From Myxococcota bacterium (lineage in GTDB: Bacteria > Myxococcota > JAJVIH01), in NCBI GenBank assembly GCA_022072125.1, contig JAJVIH010000013.1, positions 36,204-100,203 of the forward strand: 64,000 nt of DNA, read 5' to 3'. The notes under the pieces are model-generated. The model saw only the letters and a program-made list of their open reading frames with translations, was not told the origin of the DNA and did no database searches. Within the stretch, counting starts at the first letter, position 1, and every line of letters begins with the position of its first letter. Shown one piece after another: positions 9,316 through 18,983 of this stretch. A program made the position numbers and the translations under genes.

Positions 9316-10656
9316 ATGGCCATTGTCACCACCACCAGCAAACCCCGGTCGAAATCCGAATCCGCCCGCGCTCCCGCCGCCCGCCGCGCGGTGATCGTGG
9401 ATGGCGCGCGCACGCCGTTCACCCGCGCTTGGGCGGAATTTCTTGAGTTGGACACCATCGCGCTGGCGGGGCACGCCGTACGCGCGCTGCTCAACAAGAC
9501 CGAGGTTCCCCGCAAGGATGTGGACGCCATCGTCTGGGGCGGGGTGATCCTGGTCTCTTCGGCTCCCAACACCGCCCGCGAAGTGGCGCTGGATCTCAAC
9601 CTGCCGCGCACGGTTCACGGCATGACGGTCACGCGGGCCTGCGCGTCGGGCCTGCAGGCCATCACCACCGCCGTGGACATGATCGAGCGCGGGCACGCCG
9701 ATGTGGTCATCGCCGGCGGCAGCGATTCCACCTCCAACGCCGAGGTGCCCATGCCGCGCAAGCTGGTTCACGCGGGCGCCAAATGGACCTATGGCAAGGA
9801 TCACAGCATGGGGCATGCGTTGCAGTTGCTGTCGCAGCTTCAGCCCATCACCGATATCCTGCCGAAGGCGCCGAAGATCGCCGAGCGTTCGACCGGGCGC
9901 ACCATGGGGCAGCATGCCGAGGAAATGGCCCAGCGCAACGGCGTCACCCGCCAGTCGCAGGATGAACTGGCGGTCCGCTCGCACAAGCGGGCCGCCGCCG
10001 CCATCGCCTCCGGGGTGTATGGCGACGAGGTGTCGCCGGTGGAGGCGGGCTCGCGCAAGGTCTATCAGGACACCATCGTGCGCGCCGACACCAGCGTGGA
10101 AGCCATGAGCAAGCTGCGCCCGGTGTTTTCCAAAACCGGCACGTTGACCGCCGCCAATTCCAGCCCGCTGACCGATGGCGCCGCCTGCGTGCTGCTGATG
10201 AGCGAGGAAAAAGCCAAGGCCCTGGGCTACAAGCCGCTGGCCGCCTTCCGCTCATGGGCCTATGTGGGAATTGATCCCTTTGAGCAACTGTTGCTGGGAC
10301 CCGCCTTCGCCATGCCGCTGGCCCTCAAGCGCGCGGGCCTGACGCTGAAAGACATGGACGTGGTGGATATCCACGAGGCCTTCGCCGCTCAGGTGTTGTC
10401 CAACCTGAAGATGATGGCCAGCGAATCCTTCTGCGTCAGCCGTTTGGGCTGGAGCGGCCCGGTGGGCGAGGTAGACCCGGACAAACTCAATGTTCATGGC
10501 GGGTCCATCGCAATCGGTCACCCCTTCGCCGCCACCGGAGCGCGCATGGTGACCACCATGGCGAAAGAGCTTCAGCGCCGCGACGGCCAGTTCGCCTGGC
10601 TGGGCATTTGCGCCGCCGGCGGCCTGGGCGCGGGCGCGGTGCTGGAACGGGTATGA
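9316..10656 (+). CDS. Acetyl-CoA C-acyltransferase (thiolase, FadI/FadA2-like)
   Basis: Motifs RTPF, RACASG (catalytic Cys), HEAFAAQ, GHPFAATG and CAAGG. Confidence 0.94.
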   Translation: MAIVTTTSKPRSKSESARAPAARRAVIVDGARTPFTRAWAEFLELDTIALAGHAVRALLNKTEVPRKDVDAIVWGGVILVSSAPNTAREVALDLNLPRTVHGMTVTRACASGLQAITTAVDMIERGHADVVIAGGSDSTSNAEVPMPRKLVHAGAKWTYGKDHSMGHALQLLSQLQPITDILPKAPKIAERSTGRTMGQHAEEMAQRNGVTRQSQDELAVRSHKRAAAAIASGVYGDEVSPVEAGSRKVYQDTIVRADTSVEAMSKLRPVFSKTGTLTAANSSPLTDGAACVLLMSEEKAKALGYKPLAAFRSWAYVGIDPFEQLLLGPAFAMPLALKRAGLTLKDMDVVDIHEAFAAQVLSNLKMMASESFCVSRLGWSGPVGEVDPDKLNVHGGSIAIGHPFAATGARMVTTMAKELQRRDGQFAWLGICAAGGLGAGAVLERV

Positions 10657-10792
10657 AGTTATTCCAGCCGGGGTGATCTTTCCATCTCCATCCCTATTTT
10701 GGGGTGAATCCGCTTCAACGCTCTCCGCATTCCCCAGATACGTTTTCTCACCGCGCGCGAACTTCTTCCAGCGCCGTTACTTCGCATCAATC

Positions 10793-10822
10793 AACACCGC
10801 CGCCTTCCGGCGGCGGTGTTTT
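10793..10822 (+). terminator. Intrinsic terminator of the fatty-acyl operon
   Basis: AACACCGCCGCC-TTCC-GGCGGCGGTGTT followed by TT; 12-bp stem. Confidence 0.7.
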
Positions 10823-11383
10823 CCCGCTCCGGCGTGACAGCCGCCCCTTCTGACGCCTGATGGGAACTGATGCCGTGCGCTGTCTTGGTGGGTCCGTGGG
10901 ATTCAGGTGCAAGAGAAACCCACCCTGAAATGCAATTGGATATGAGTGAATGGAGGCGCAAAGGTAGAGAGTTTTATCATCCAGGCGCCCTCAAGTGGGA
11001 GCGGTGCGGCGGCTCCCGGAATCTCCCTGTTCCTGAAAAGCGAAACAATGATCCAATCCGGGATTATTTTTGTGGCGACAACTGGTGACGATTTGACATG
11101 ATCCAATTGAGGTATTCATCCGCATTTTTCATGGTTCATCTGCGGGATGAATTAATAACCATTCGATAATACAAGGTAATTTTTGTGGCACGTTAAAATT
11201 TAGCGGTTTTTAACAGGCAATTCATGAATTAATTGACAACGGTTCGGTATTTTTTTGTTCTCCGGCGAACCGTATTGGGATTGAATGCTCATCATTGCGC
11301 GATTATTGAGGTTGCCGTTTCGCCCCGGTTTTGTTATCCTTCAACAGTCACAGCGAGGGAGGGGCGGGTAAAGGAGTAAACCC

Positions 11384-14047
11384 GTGGGCGAGCCGGTAAC
11401 AGGAACCACGACCCAGAAAGTCAGCCCGGATGATCTGGCTTTCCTTTTGACCGTGGTTAAAGGCGCGATTCCCTTGGGTGACGCCGAAAAAGTGGTCCGC
11501 GAGGCGGGCGCTTCCCGCATCACCCCCATTGATGTCCTGAAAAAAGCCGGGAAGCTGACAGGCAAGGAAGCCACCCAGTTCATGGAGTGGGCGCAGGATA
11601 TCCTCACCAAGTCATCGGGAAAGCCACATCGCGGATTCGAAATGATCCATGAAAGTGGTCATGCCTGGAGCAAGGTTCCCAGCGCCCCTGCGTTCAATCC
11701 CGATGAAATCCCGCAGGGAGGTTCGCCGCAGGACACCATCTACAGCGTGTCCCCAGAAGTACAAGACCAGTATACGCCCCCCCATTGGGCGCCCCGTGAT
11801 GAAAATGGCAACCTCATGAATGTCGAATTGGGACGCGGCGGCCTGGGCAAGGTCTATGTGGTCCATGACAACTACATGCGGCGGGATGTCGCTCTCAAGG
11901 AGATGCTGGACAGTTGCGGCCCCCATGGTTCGCCGGAATACCGGTCAGCGGTATTCCGTTTCCTGCGCGAGGCGCGGGTGACTGGTCTGCTGGAACATCC
12001 GCATATCGTGCCGGTCCATGAAATCGGCAAACGCATGAACGGCATTTTTTATTATACGATGAAGTTCATGAAAGGCGAGACCTTGTCGGCGGCCATCGCC
12101 AAGGCGTCCGGATTCAAGGACCGGCTGCACTTGCTCCAATCGTTTGAGGATGTCTGTTCCGCCGTGGCCTACGCCCACAACCGTGGCGTGCTGCACCGCG
12201 ATCTCAAGCCGGAAAATGTGATGATTGGCGAGTTCGGGGAAACGGTGGTGCTGGACTGGGGTCTCGCCCACGTCAAGGGATGGGGCGAGCCATCCGGCGT
12301 GGGGGTCGCCCTGCGCCGGTTCATTGTGGATGCGAACCCTTCGCAGACCCTGCCGGGAGGCGCGTTTGGAACGCCGGCCTACATGAGTCCGGAACAGTCA
12401 TCGGGGCATATGACCAGCCTGACCCCCGCCAGCGATGTGTGGAGCCTGGGCGTGATCCTGTTTGAAATCCTGACGGGGCGCCTGCCTTTCCACAGCCATG
12501 ATCATCTTGAACTGATGAAGATGATCGTCATGAATCCCACTCCGGAAATCAGCCTGGTTGAACCGGCGGTTCCCGGGGATCTGGCCGCCGTTTGCATGAA
12601 GTGCCTGCAGAAAGACCCCAGGAACCGCTACGAAGACGCCAGCCAGCTTTTGCGTGATATCCGCAGTTATCTCGAAGGCGGCATGGTGAGCGTATACCAT
12701 CACACCATGAAGCGCAGGATTCGCCACGCCGCGCGGCATTGGTGGCGCGAGGCGGCGATGGCCGCCGCTATCCTGCTGGCCCTGAGCGGTGGCGTGGCCA
12801 CCTATCTGGGAATCATCGGCCGTCAGAGCGACAAACCATCATCCACTCCCACCCGCGAAACCCTGGATATCCAGACCGCCCTCATTCAGCGCGGGGAGCG
12901 GAAGAGCCTGCAACACCATTGGGCCGAGGCCGCCGCCTATGTGGCCATGGCGCGAAGTTATCTCGACGCGCCCCATCTCCAGAAAAGGTTCGAGGAACTG
13001 GCGCTCAAGGCATCCCGTCAGGTGGCGCTGATGGAGGCTCCCATCCCGCCACCTTACGCGGCGCTGGGATTCGGGAAAAACGGCCAGGAAATCGTGCTGG
13101 TCTCCAACAGTGGTCTGGCCTCCCGGTGGTCCGCGGGGGATTGGAAATCCGTTGGACAGGCGCAGGCGGATATCCCGGTGACCATGGCGGAAATAGACAG
13201 TGTTTCGGGGAATATCCTCGCGGCCAACGGTTCAGGGGAACTGATCCGGATTGATCCGGCGACAGGCCGGGTGGAAAGCGTCTGGATGGCCCATCCGGGT
13301 GGAGTGACCGCGCTGGCTTGGTCTCAATCCCACCAGTTGCTGGCGTCGGCAGGGGTGGACAAGAGCATCCGGCTGTGGCGCGGCCCGGAGTTCAAACCGG
13401 ACCAGGCGCAAACAATTTCTCTGGAAAGTCCGCCAACTTCGCTGGCGTTTTCTCCAAACGGCCGGTATGTCGCGGCGGGTTTCGCCCATGAGTCCGTGCT
13501 GGTGATTGATACCTCCTCCGACCGCCGTTTCCCGATCGGGGCCTCGCTGGACCGGGGCGCCAAGGTGGAGTCGCTTGCCTTCAACAGTGATGGTTCGCGC
13601 CTGCTGGTGATCACCGAGAATGCAACCTTCCGGAGTTGGGACTGGGCGGCCGGGGTCCGGACCGATGTGGAGTTGCTCAAGCGTCTGGGCAACCGGGTGT
13701 TCCGGATTGCGCGGGTTCCGGGGGGAGATTCCCTGATCCTGGCCACCGAGACCATGGGGGCGATTGTCTGGGATACCCGCGAGTTCGAGCCGCTGGAAGT
13801 GGTGGGTAATACCAGTAAACCGGTTATCCTGGCCAACTGCCATGATGCGACCGGCTATTGCGCGCTGGTCAATTCCATTGGCCGGATCCGTGTGATCACC
13901 CCCGGCGCCCGCTGGATGCCAACCGATTTGGCCAGCAAATCTCCAGCGGAAACCGGCAAGACCTGGTTGAGCCATTATTCAATGGACTTGCACGGTCTGG
14001 ATATTGAATACTCCGCCAAACAGGCATCGAATTTACCGGTTAAATAG
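11384..14047 (+). CDS. Hanks-type Ser/Thr protein kinase with TM helix and WD40 beta-propeller (paralog 1)
   Basis: Kinase motifs GRGGLG, VALKE, HRDLKPEN, DWGLA, GTPAYMSPEQ and SDVWSLG. TM segment AAAILLALSGGVATYLGII. WD40 unit AHPGGVTALAWS..LLASAGVDKSIRLW. AAGGAG RBS. Confidence 0.92.
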   Translation: MGEPVTGTTTQKVSPDDLAFLLTVVKGAIPLGDAEKVVREAGASRITPIDVLKKAGKLTGKEATQFMEWAQDILTKSSGKPHRGFEMIHESGHAWSKVPSAPAFNPDEIPQGGSPQDTIYSVSPEVQDQYTPPHWAPRDENGNLMNVELGRGGLGKVYVVHDNYMRRDVALKEMLDSCGPHGSPEYRSAVFRFLREARVTGLLEHPHIVPVHEIGKRMNGIFYYTMKFMKGETLSAAIAKASGFKDRLHLLQSFEDVCSAVAYAHNRGVLHRDLKPENVMIGEFGETVVLDWGLAHVKGWGEPSGVGVALRRFIVDANPSQTLPGGAFGTPAYMSPEQSSGHMTSLTPASDVWSLGVILFEILTGRLPFHSHDHLELMKMIVMNPTPEISLVEPAVPGDLAAVCMKCLQKDPRNRYEDASQLLRDIRSYLEGGMVSVYHHTMKRRIRHAARHWWREAAMAAAILLALSGGVATYLGIIGRQSDKPSSTPTRETLDIQTALIQRGERKSLQHHWAEAAAYVAMARSYLDAPHLQKRFEELALKASRQVALMEAPIPPPYAALGFGKNGQEIVLVSNSGLASRWSAGDWKSVGQAQADIPVTMAEIDSVSGNILAANGSGELIRIDPATGRVESVWMAHPGGVTALAWSQSHQLLASAGVDKSIRLWRGPEFKPDQAQTISLESPPTSLAFSPNGRYVAAGFAHESVLVIDTSSDRRFPIGASLDRGAKVESLAFNSDGSRLLVITENATFRSWDWAAGVRTDVELLKRLGNRVFRIARVPGGDSLILATETMGAIVWDTREFEPLEVVGNTSKPVILANCHDATGYCALVNSIGRIRVITPGARWMPTDLASKSPAETGKTWLSHYSMDLHGLDIEYSAKQASNLPVK

Positions 14048-14572
14048 CCTGCCGGATTGGTGAGAAAGCACACTTTCAGGAAAGTGGTGGATTTTTTCGC
14101 CGTCCGGGAGTGATCAAATCCAGGTTTTCCTCTTGTTAATTGGGGATATGGTCAATCTGAAGCAGGTTGGGGATATTTACTTCTGGTTAATGGAGTTGAG
14201 GAATCCCGCCAGAAGCCGCATTTCAACGAGGTCAGCGGCCGGACCGGAAAACTGCTTCATATTTAGACTTCCTGTGGAGGACGGTTTTCAATCAAGTTGA
14301 AATTAATTTTTAATCCGTGGCGCAGATGCGCTGGAGAGGCAAGCCTGATTCAGAATGACAAACAAGGGGGTGCGGTAAAATGCTTCGCATCCGGGCAGGC
14401 CAATCATTTTATGCGCTGTAAATAATTCATGCAAACTTCATTCGGCTATATGGGTTTTATCCATGGTGTAATGGCGGCGGATTTACAAAAATTTTTGCGT
14501 GATTTTATGGCTTGCAAGTTCCCGCCGGATCGTTACCATCAAATCAGGTTGGGTAATGATTGAGGTGTTGTT

Positions 14573-17365
14573 GTGATGAAACCGAAGGACGGCGATATCA
14601 ATCCTACCCAACGGATGAGTCTTTCCGACCTTGCCTTCCTGCTGACCATTATCAAGGGAAAGATCCGGGCGGGTGAGGCGGAAAGCTGGATTCAAAGCGC
14701 CCGCCGGAACAGCGAGTCTCCGCTGGAAGCCCTGAAACGGGGCGGCAAAATCACCTCCGATGACATTTCTCAGTTCATGGGTTTGGCCTCGCAGATCATC
14801 AATTTGCCGGGGAAGGGGGGAACCGCGGAGGCCTTGCGCATACTGGACACCGCCATGAGTCATCTGGAGCCTGGCGAAAAGGATATGCAGGTTGGAAGGG
14901 GGCCATTTGGCGATGCGCCCCGCATCGCCACGCGGAAAAGATGGACTACTGGCGGTATGAACCTGGATCAGCTCTGGGACGATAACCTGGATCTGGAAGA
15001 CCGGGATCGCGTGACCCCTCCGCCTTCCATGAGAAGGGCGTCCGCTCCGGAGATGCGTCCGGCCTTTGTCATCACCCACGAGGCGGCGGGCCGTTATGTG
15101 TATCCACATTGGGCGCCGCGGGATGAAGCCGGCAATCAGGCGCCGGTCGAACTGGGGCGTGGCGGATTGGGCCGGGTGTTGGTGGTGCATGATCTCCACA
15201 TGCGGCGGGATGTCGCGCTCAAGGAAATCCTGGACGAAGACCTGCCGCGGGGGAGTCCGGAATACCGCGCGGCGGAATACCGGTTCCTCCGGGAGGCGCG
15301 GGTGACCGCCCAGCTTGAGCATCCCAACATCATTCCGGTGTACGAGATTGGTCAGCGCTCCAATGGCCGTTTGTATTACACCATGCAGTACATCAAGGGA
15401 GACACGCTCTCCTCCTCGATTGAAAAGGCGCATGGATTGAAGGAGAGGCTCCGGCTTCTGAGCCGTTTCGAGTTGGTCTGCTCGGCGATGGCCTATGCGC
15501 ACAGCCGCGGGGTATTGCACCGCGACCTCAAGCCGGAAAATGTCATGTTGGGTCCGTTCGGCGAAACCTTTGTGCTGGACTGGGGGCTTGCGCGGGTGCG
15601 CGGGATTACGGACACCTCCGGCCACAGCATCGTGGTGCGCCAACTCATCGTGGACAGCAACCCCTCGCAAACCCTGCCCGGCGGGGCGTTTGGCACCCCC
15701 GCCTACATGAGCCCCGAACAGGCGGCTGGGAGGATGAAGGATTTGACCCCGGAATCCGACGTCTGGAGCCTAGGGGTGATCCTTTTTGAAATCCTGACCG
15801 GCGTGCGTCCCTTCAACGCGGCAGACAACCTGATGCTGATGCGCGCGATTGTCATGGATCCGGTTCCATCCGTCCGCGTCATGGAGTCCGCCGTCCCCGA
15901 AGCGCTGGCGGCGATTTGTGAAAAAGCGCTCCAGAAAGACCCCGCGAACCGCTACCGGGACGCCGGGGAACTGGCGGCGGATATCCGGCATTACCTGAAT
16001 GGCGAGCAGATACCCATCTACCATGTGTCGTTGACCCGGCGTTTCCGGCATGTGGCCAAACAGCGGTGGAAGGAATTTTTGCTGGCGCTGGCGTTGACAA
16101 TGACCCTGGTGGCCTTGACCTGGGGCCTGTTTTCCTCTAGCGGCGGTCCGGTGGGGGGAATGTCCGTGGCGCAGCCAAGCCGGGCGGTGCTGGATATCCA
16201 GTCTTCCCTGTTCCTGCGGGGAGAGCGGGAAGCACAAAACAATTCGTGGTCCAATGCCGCCGCCTATGTGGCCGCCGCCCAGGACAAACTCGATACGCCG
16301 CTGTTGACAGAGGTGTTCAACAACTACGCCGCGAAGGCCACGCGGGTGCAGGCCCGGCTGGAAACCCCGTTTCCCGGTCCTTTCAGCGCCATGGAGTTTA
16401 CCGGGGGAGATCTGTTTCTGACCGTGGTTTCAAGCGGAGGCGGGATCGCCCGCTGGTCGGTGCGGGATTGGAAGGCGCAACCGGTTTTGCATACCGGCGC
16501 GGCCATGTTGCGGGCGGTCGTGGATCCGGTATCGGGCATGTTGCTGGGCTCCAATGACTCGGGTGGGATTCAGGCGGCGGACACCGCCAGCGGACGCAGC
16601 CTTGCTTCCTGGAAAGCCCATCCCTCGCAAGTGATGCAACTGGCTTGGTCTCCCTCCGCCAAACTGCTGGCCACGGCTGGAGCGGATCATATGGTCCGGT
16701 TGTGGCGATCGCCGGACTGGAAACTGGAGCGGGAATTCGCGTCGCAGGGCGTTCCATCGGCGATGGCCTTTTCACCGGACGGCAAGATGCTGGCGATGTC
16801 ATTTCAGGACGAGGCCTTGCAGGTTCTCGATCTGAAATCGGGGAACCAGTATGCCGTCAACACCGTCATGGATGGCGGCAACGCCGCCAACCTGATCATG
16901 TTCAGCCACGATGGCCTTCAACTATTGGCCTCCACACCCAATATCGCCCTGCGGAGCTGGGATCTGGCGGGAAAAATCCGCACCCATGTGGAGCCGTTGA
17001 GGCGCATGGGAAATATCCTGTATTCGATGTCGTATATCCCCGGCGGTTCGCTGATTTTTCTGGGCTCGGAACATCTGGGCGCCATCGTGTGGGACTCCAG
17101 GAACTTCAACCTGGTCGAGGTGGCCGGTTCGAGTCACGCTCCAGTGAGGTGGACCGCGTGCGGGAAGACCCGTTCCATCTGCGCCACGATGAATCCGGAA
17201 GGCAAGGTGCAGGTCTTGGAGATCGGCAACCGTTGGCGCGGCGAGGATTTCAAGGGAAAAAGCCCACGTCACATCCTGCGGATGTGGCTCGATCACTATG
17301 GCTTGGCGTTGAACGGGACGGAACTGGAATCCGTGGCGGGCGCGCCGCCGCCATCAAGCCCGTGA
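14573..17365 (+). CDS. Hanks-type Ser/Thr protein kinase with TM helix and WD40 beta-propeller (paralog 2)
   Basis: Same motifs and architecture as 11384-14047 (HRDLKPEN, DWGLA, NPSQTLPGGAFGTPAYMSPEQ, AHPSQVMQLAWS..LLATAGADHMVRLW). Confidence 0.92.
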   Translation: MMKPKDGDINPTQRMSLSDLAFLLTIIKGKIRAGEAESWIQSARRNSESPLEALKRGGKITSDDISQFMGLASQIINLPGKGGTAEALRILDTAMSHLEPGEKDMQVGRGPFGDAPRIATRKRWTTGGMNLDQLWDDNLDLEDRDRVTPPPSMRRASAPEMRPAFVITHEAAGRYVYPHWAPRDEAGNQAPVELGRGGLGRVLVVHDLHMRRDVALKEILDEDLPRGSPEYRAAEYRFLREARVTAQLEHPNIIPVYEIGQRSNGRLYYTMQYIKGDTLSSSIEKAHGLKERLRLLSRFELVCSAMAYAHSRGVLHRDLKPENVMLGPFGETFVLDWGLARVRGITDTSGHSIVVRQLIVDSNPSQTLPGGAFGTPAYMSPEQAAGRMKDLTPESDVWSLGVILFEILTGVRPFNAADNLMLMRAIVMDPVPSVRVMESAVPEALAAICEKALQKDPANRYRDAGELAADIRHYLNGEQIPIYHVSLTRRFRHVAKQRWKEFLLALALTMTLVALTWGLFSSSGGPVGGMSVAQPSRAVLDIQSSLFLRGEREAQNNSWSNAAAYVAAAQDKLDTPLLTEVFNNYAAKATRVQARLETPFPGPFSAMEFTGGDLFLTVVSSGGGIARWSVRDWKAQPVLHTGAAMLRAVVDPVSGMLLGSNDSGGIQAADTASGRSLASWKAHPSQVMQLAWSPSAKLLATAGADHMVRLWRSPDWKLEREFASQGVPSAMAFSPDGKMLAMSFQDEALQVLDLKSGNQYAVNTVMDGGNAANLIMFSHDGLQLLASTPNIALRSWDLAGKIRTHVEPLRRMGNILYSMSYIPGGSLIFLGSEHLGAIVWDSRNFNLVEVAGSSHAPVRWTACGKTRSICATMNPEGKVQVLEIGNRWRGEDFKGKSPRHILRMWLDHYGLALNGTELESVAGAPPPSSP

Positions 17366-18769
17366 CAGCGTCATCCGGATTCCGTGGCGCGGCCGCAGCG
17401 TGATGAGCGGAGCTGGCTCCACCCGGTGGCCGGGCGCCAGATCGGCCCGCCAATGCTGCAGAAGCGTGGCCAGCACCAGTTGTGATTCCATCATGGCGAA
17501 GCCGTTGCCGATGCAGATGCGCGGCCCCCCGCCGAACGGAAAATATTTGAAGCGCGGTAATTCGTAATCCTTCGGGTCCGCGAAGCGCTCGGGCATGAAA
17601 CCTTCTGGATTGGGCCAGTACTTCGGATGCCGGTGGGTGGCGTAGGGGCTCACGAAGACAAAGGTGTCCTTGGGGATGAAATACCCGCCGACTTCGTCGT
17701 CTTCCGTGGGGGAGCGGCTGATCATCCAGGCAGGCGGAAAGATACGCATGCTTTCCTGAATCACCATGCGCAGGTAGTTCAGGTTGGGCAGATCGGCGGG
17801 GGTTGGAGGCCGGCCGCCCAGCACTTCCCGCAATTCCTGGCGCAGGCGTTTTTCCACCTCTGGATGCTTCGACAGCAGGTAAAAAGTCCAACCCAGGTTG
17901 GTGGCGGTGGTCTCGTGCCCGGCGAGGAAGATGGTGAGCACCTCGTCGCGGAGTTGGCGGTCGTTCATGCCTTCTCCGGTCTCTTCGTCGCGGGTCTCCA
18001 TCAGCATGGTGAGGAGATCATTGGGCTTGTTGGCCATGCCCCGGCGCTCGCGGATGACCCGGTCCACCACCGAGTTGATTTCATTCACATGTTTGAGCAG
18101 GCGGAAATTGCGGGGCGTCGGCAGTTCCAGCGGCAGCAACAGAATCTGGACAATGCGGTCGTTGGCCTCTTCCAGCAGCACGTTGAGCGCCTCGCCGACT
18201 GAATCGGAATCCTTGCTGACGTCGGTGGAGAGCAGGGTTTCTCCCACGATGCGCAGCGCCAGGCGCATCATCTCGGAGGCGATGTCCAGCGTGGGGTCAT
18301 GGGAGACGCGGCGCGACCAGTTTTCAGACAGCTCAAGGGCGGCGCGCACCATGACCTCGCCGAAGGAGTCAATGCGTTTTTTGTGGAAGGCCGGCTGGGC
18401 GATCTTCCGCTGTTTCCGCCAGAACGCGCCTTCCGAGGTCAGCAGGCCATTGCCCAGGATCAGGCGGATGACTTCAAACCCCCGTGTCTGCTTGGTGTAG
18501 TTCTTGTTGTTCTCCTGCATCACATGCTGGGCGTAGGCGGGGTCCAGCATCAAATGGGCGATGGTATGGCCAAAGCGAAGGCGCACGATTCCGCGATCGC
18601 CATGGGTGACAACCATCCGGGCGAGAAAATTCAATGGATCGGTTCGCATGGGCGGCAGATGGCCCAGAACCGCGGCGTCGGGCGGGGGCATGGGCGCCAG
18701 CCGGCGGCCATGCAGGGGAACGGCTCCGCGGACCAGTCCGGCGATGGTGCGGGGAAAATCGGTGGCCAT
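17354..18769 (-). CDS. Cytochrome P450
   Basis: AGHETT (I-helix), ESMR (ExxR), PERF and FGGGPRICIG (heme Cys). Confidence 0.96.
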   Translation of the reverse strand: MATDFPRTIAGLVRGAVPLHGRRLAPMPPPDAAVLGHLPPMRTDPLNFLARMVVTHGDRGIVRLRFGHTIAHLMLDPAYAQHVMQENNKNYTKQTRGFEVIRLILGNGLLTSEGAFWRKQRKIAQPAFHKKRIDSFGEVMVRAALELSENWSRRVSHDPTLDIASEMMRLALRIVGETLLSTDVSKDSDSVGEALNVLLEEANDRIVQILLLPLELPTPRNFRLLKHVNEINSVVDRVIRERRGMANKPNDLLTMLMETRDEETGEGMNDRQLRDEVLTIFLAGHETTATNLGWTFYLLSKHPEVEKRLRQELREVLGGRPPTPADLPNLNYLRMVIQESMRIFPPAWMISRSPTEDDEVGGYFIPKDTFVFVSPYATHRHPKYWPNPEGFMPERFADPKDYELPRFKYFPFGGGPRICIGNGFAMMESQLVLATLLQHWRADLAPGHRVEPAPLITLRPRHGIRMTLSRA

Positions 18770-18983
18770 GGTTCAGACCGCTTTCTGGTGACGCCGCCTT
18801 GCGGGCGGGGTGCATCTGCTTCAGGGGGCGGGGATTCAGTCCTTCACGTCACGGACAAAGCTAACGGAATCCGGTTTCCGGGGCAAAGCAGAGGCGTTCA
18901 TGCTGGCCGCCCGGGCGAAATTCACCTGCCCGCACGGGCGGGAAAACGAAAGGACCAAGCCAGACAATCAGGCGCGGGCCCGG

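Noticed and set aside
7099-9984. 961-aa minus-strand ORF
   Set aside because: Antisense shadow of the acyl-CoA dehydrogenase and thiolase genes. It has no motifs and is expected from high-GC codon bias.
10690-10850. TTTTGGGGTGAATCC, resembling part of a c-di-AMP (ydaO) riboswitch
   Set aside because: The flanking conserved elements (upstream GGGGGA stem, downstream CAGCTAAC-like motif) were not found. An Rfam scan would settle it.
10870-11088. 72-aa ORF in the AT-rich spacer
   Set aside because: No clear RBS, atypical codon usage and no recognisable motif.
11185-11205. TGGCACG sigma-54 -24-like element upstream of the first kinase
   Set aside because: No GC at the -12 position.
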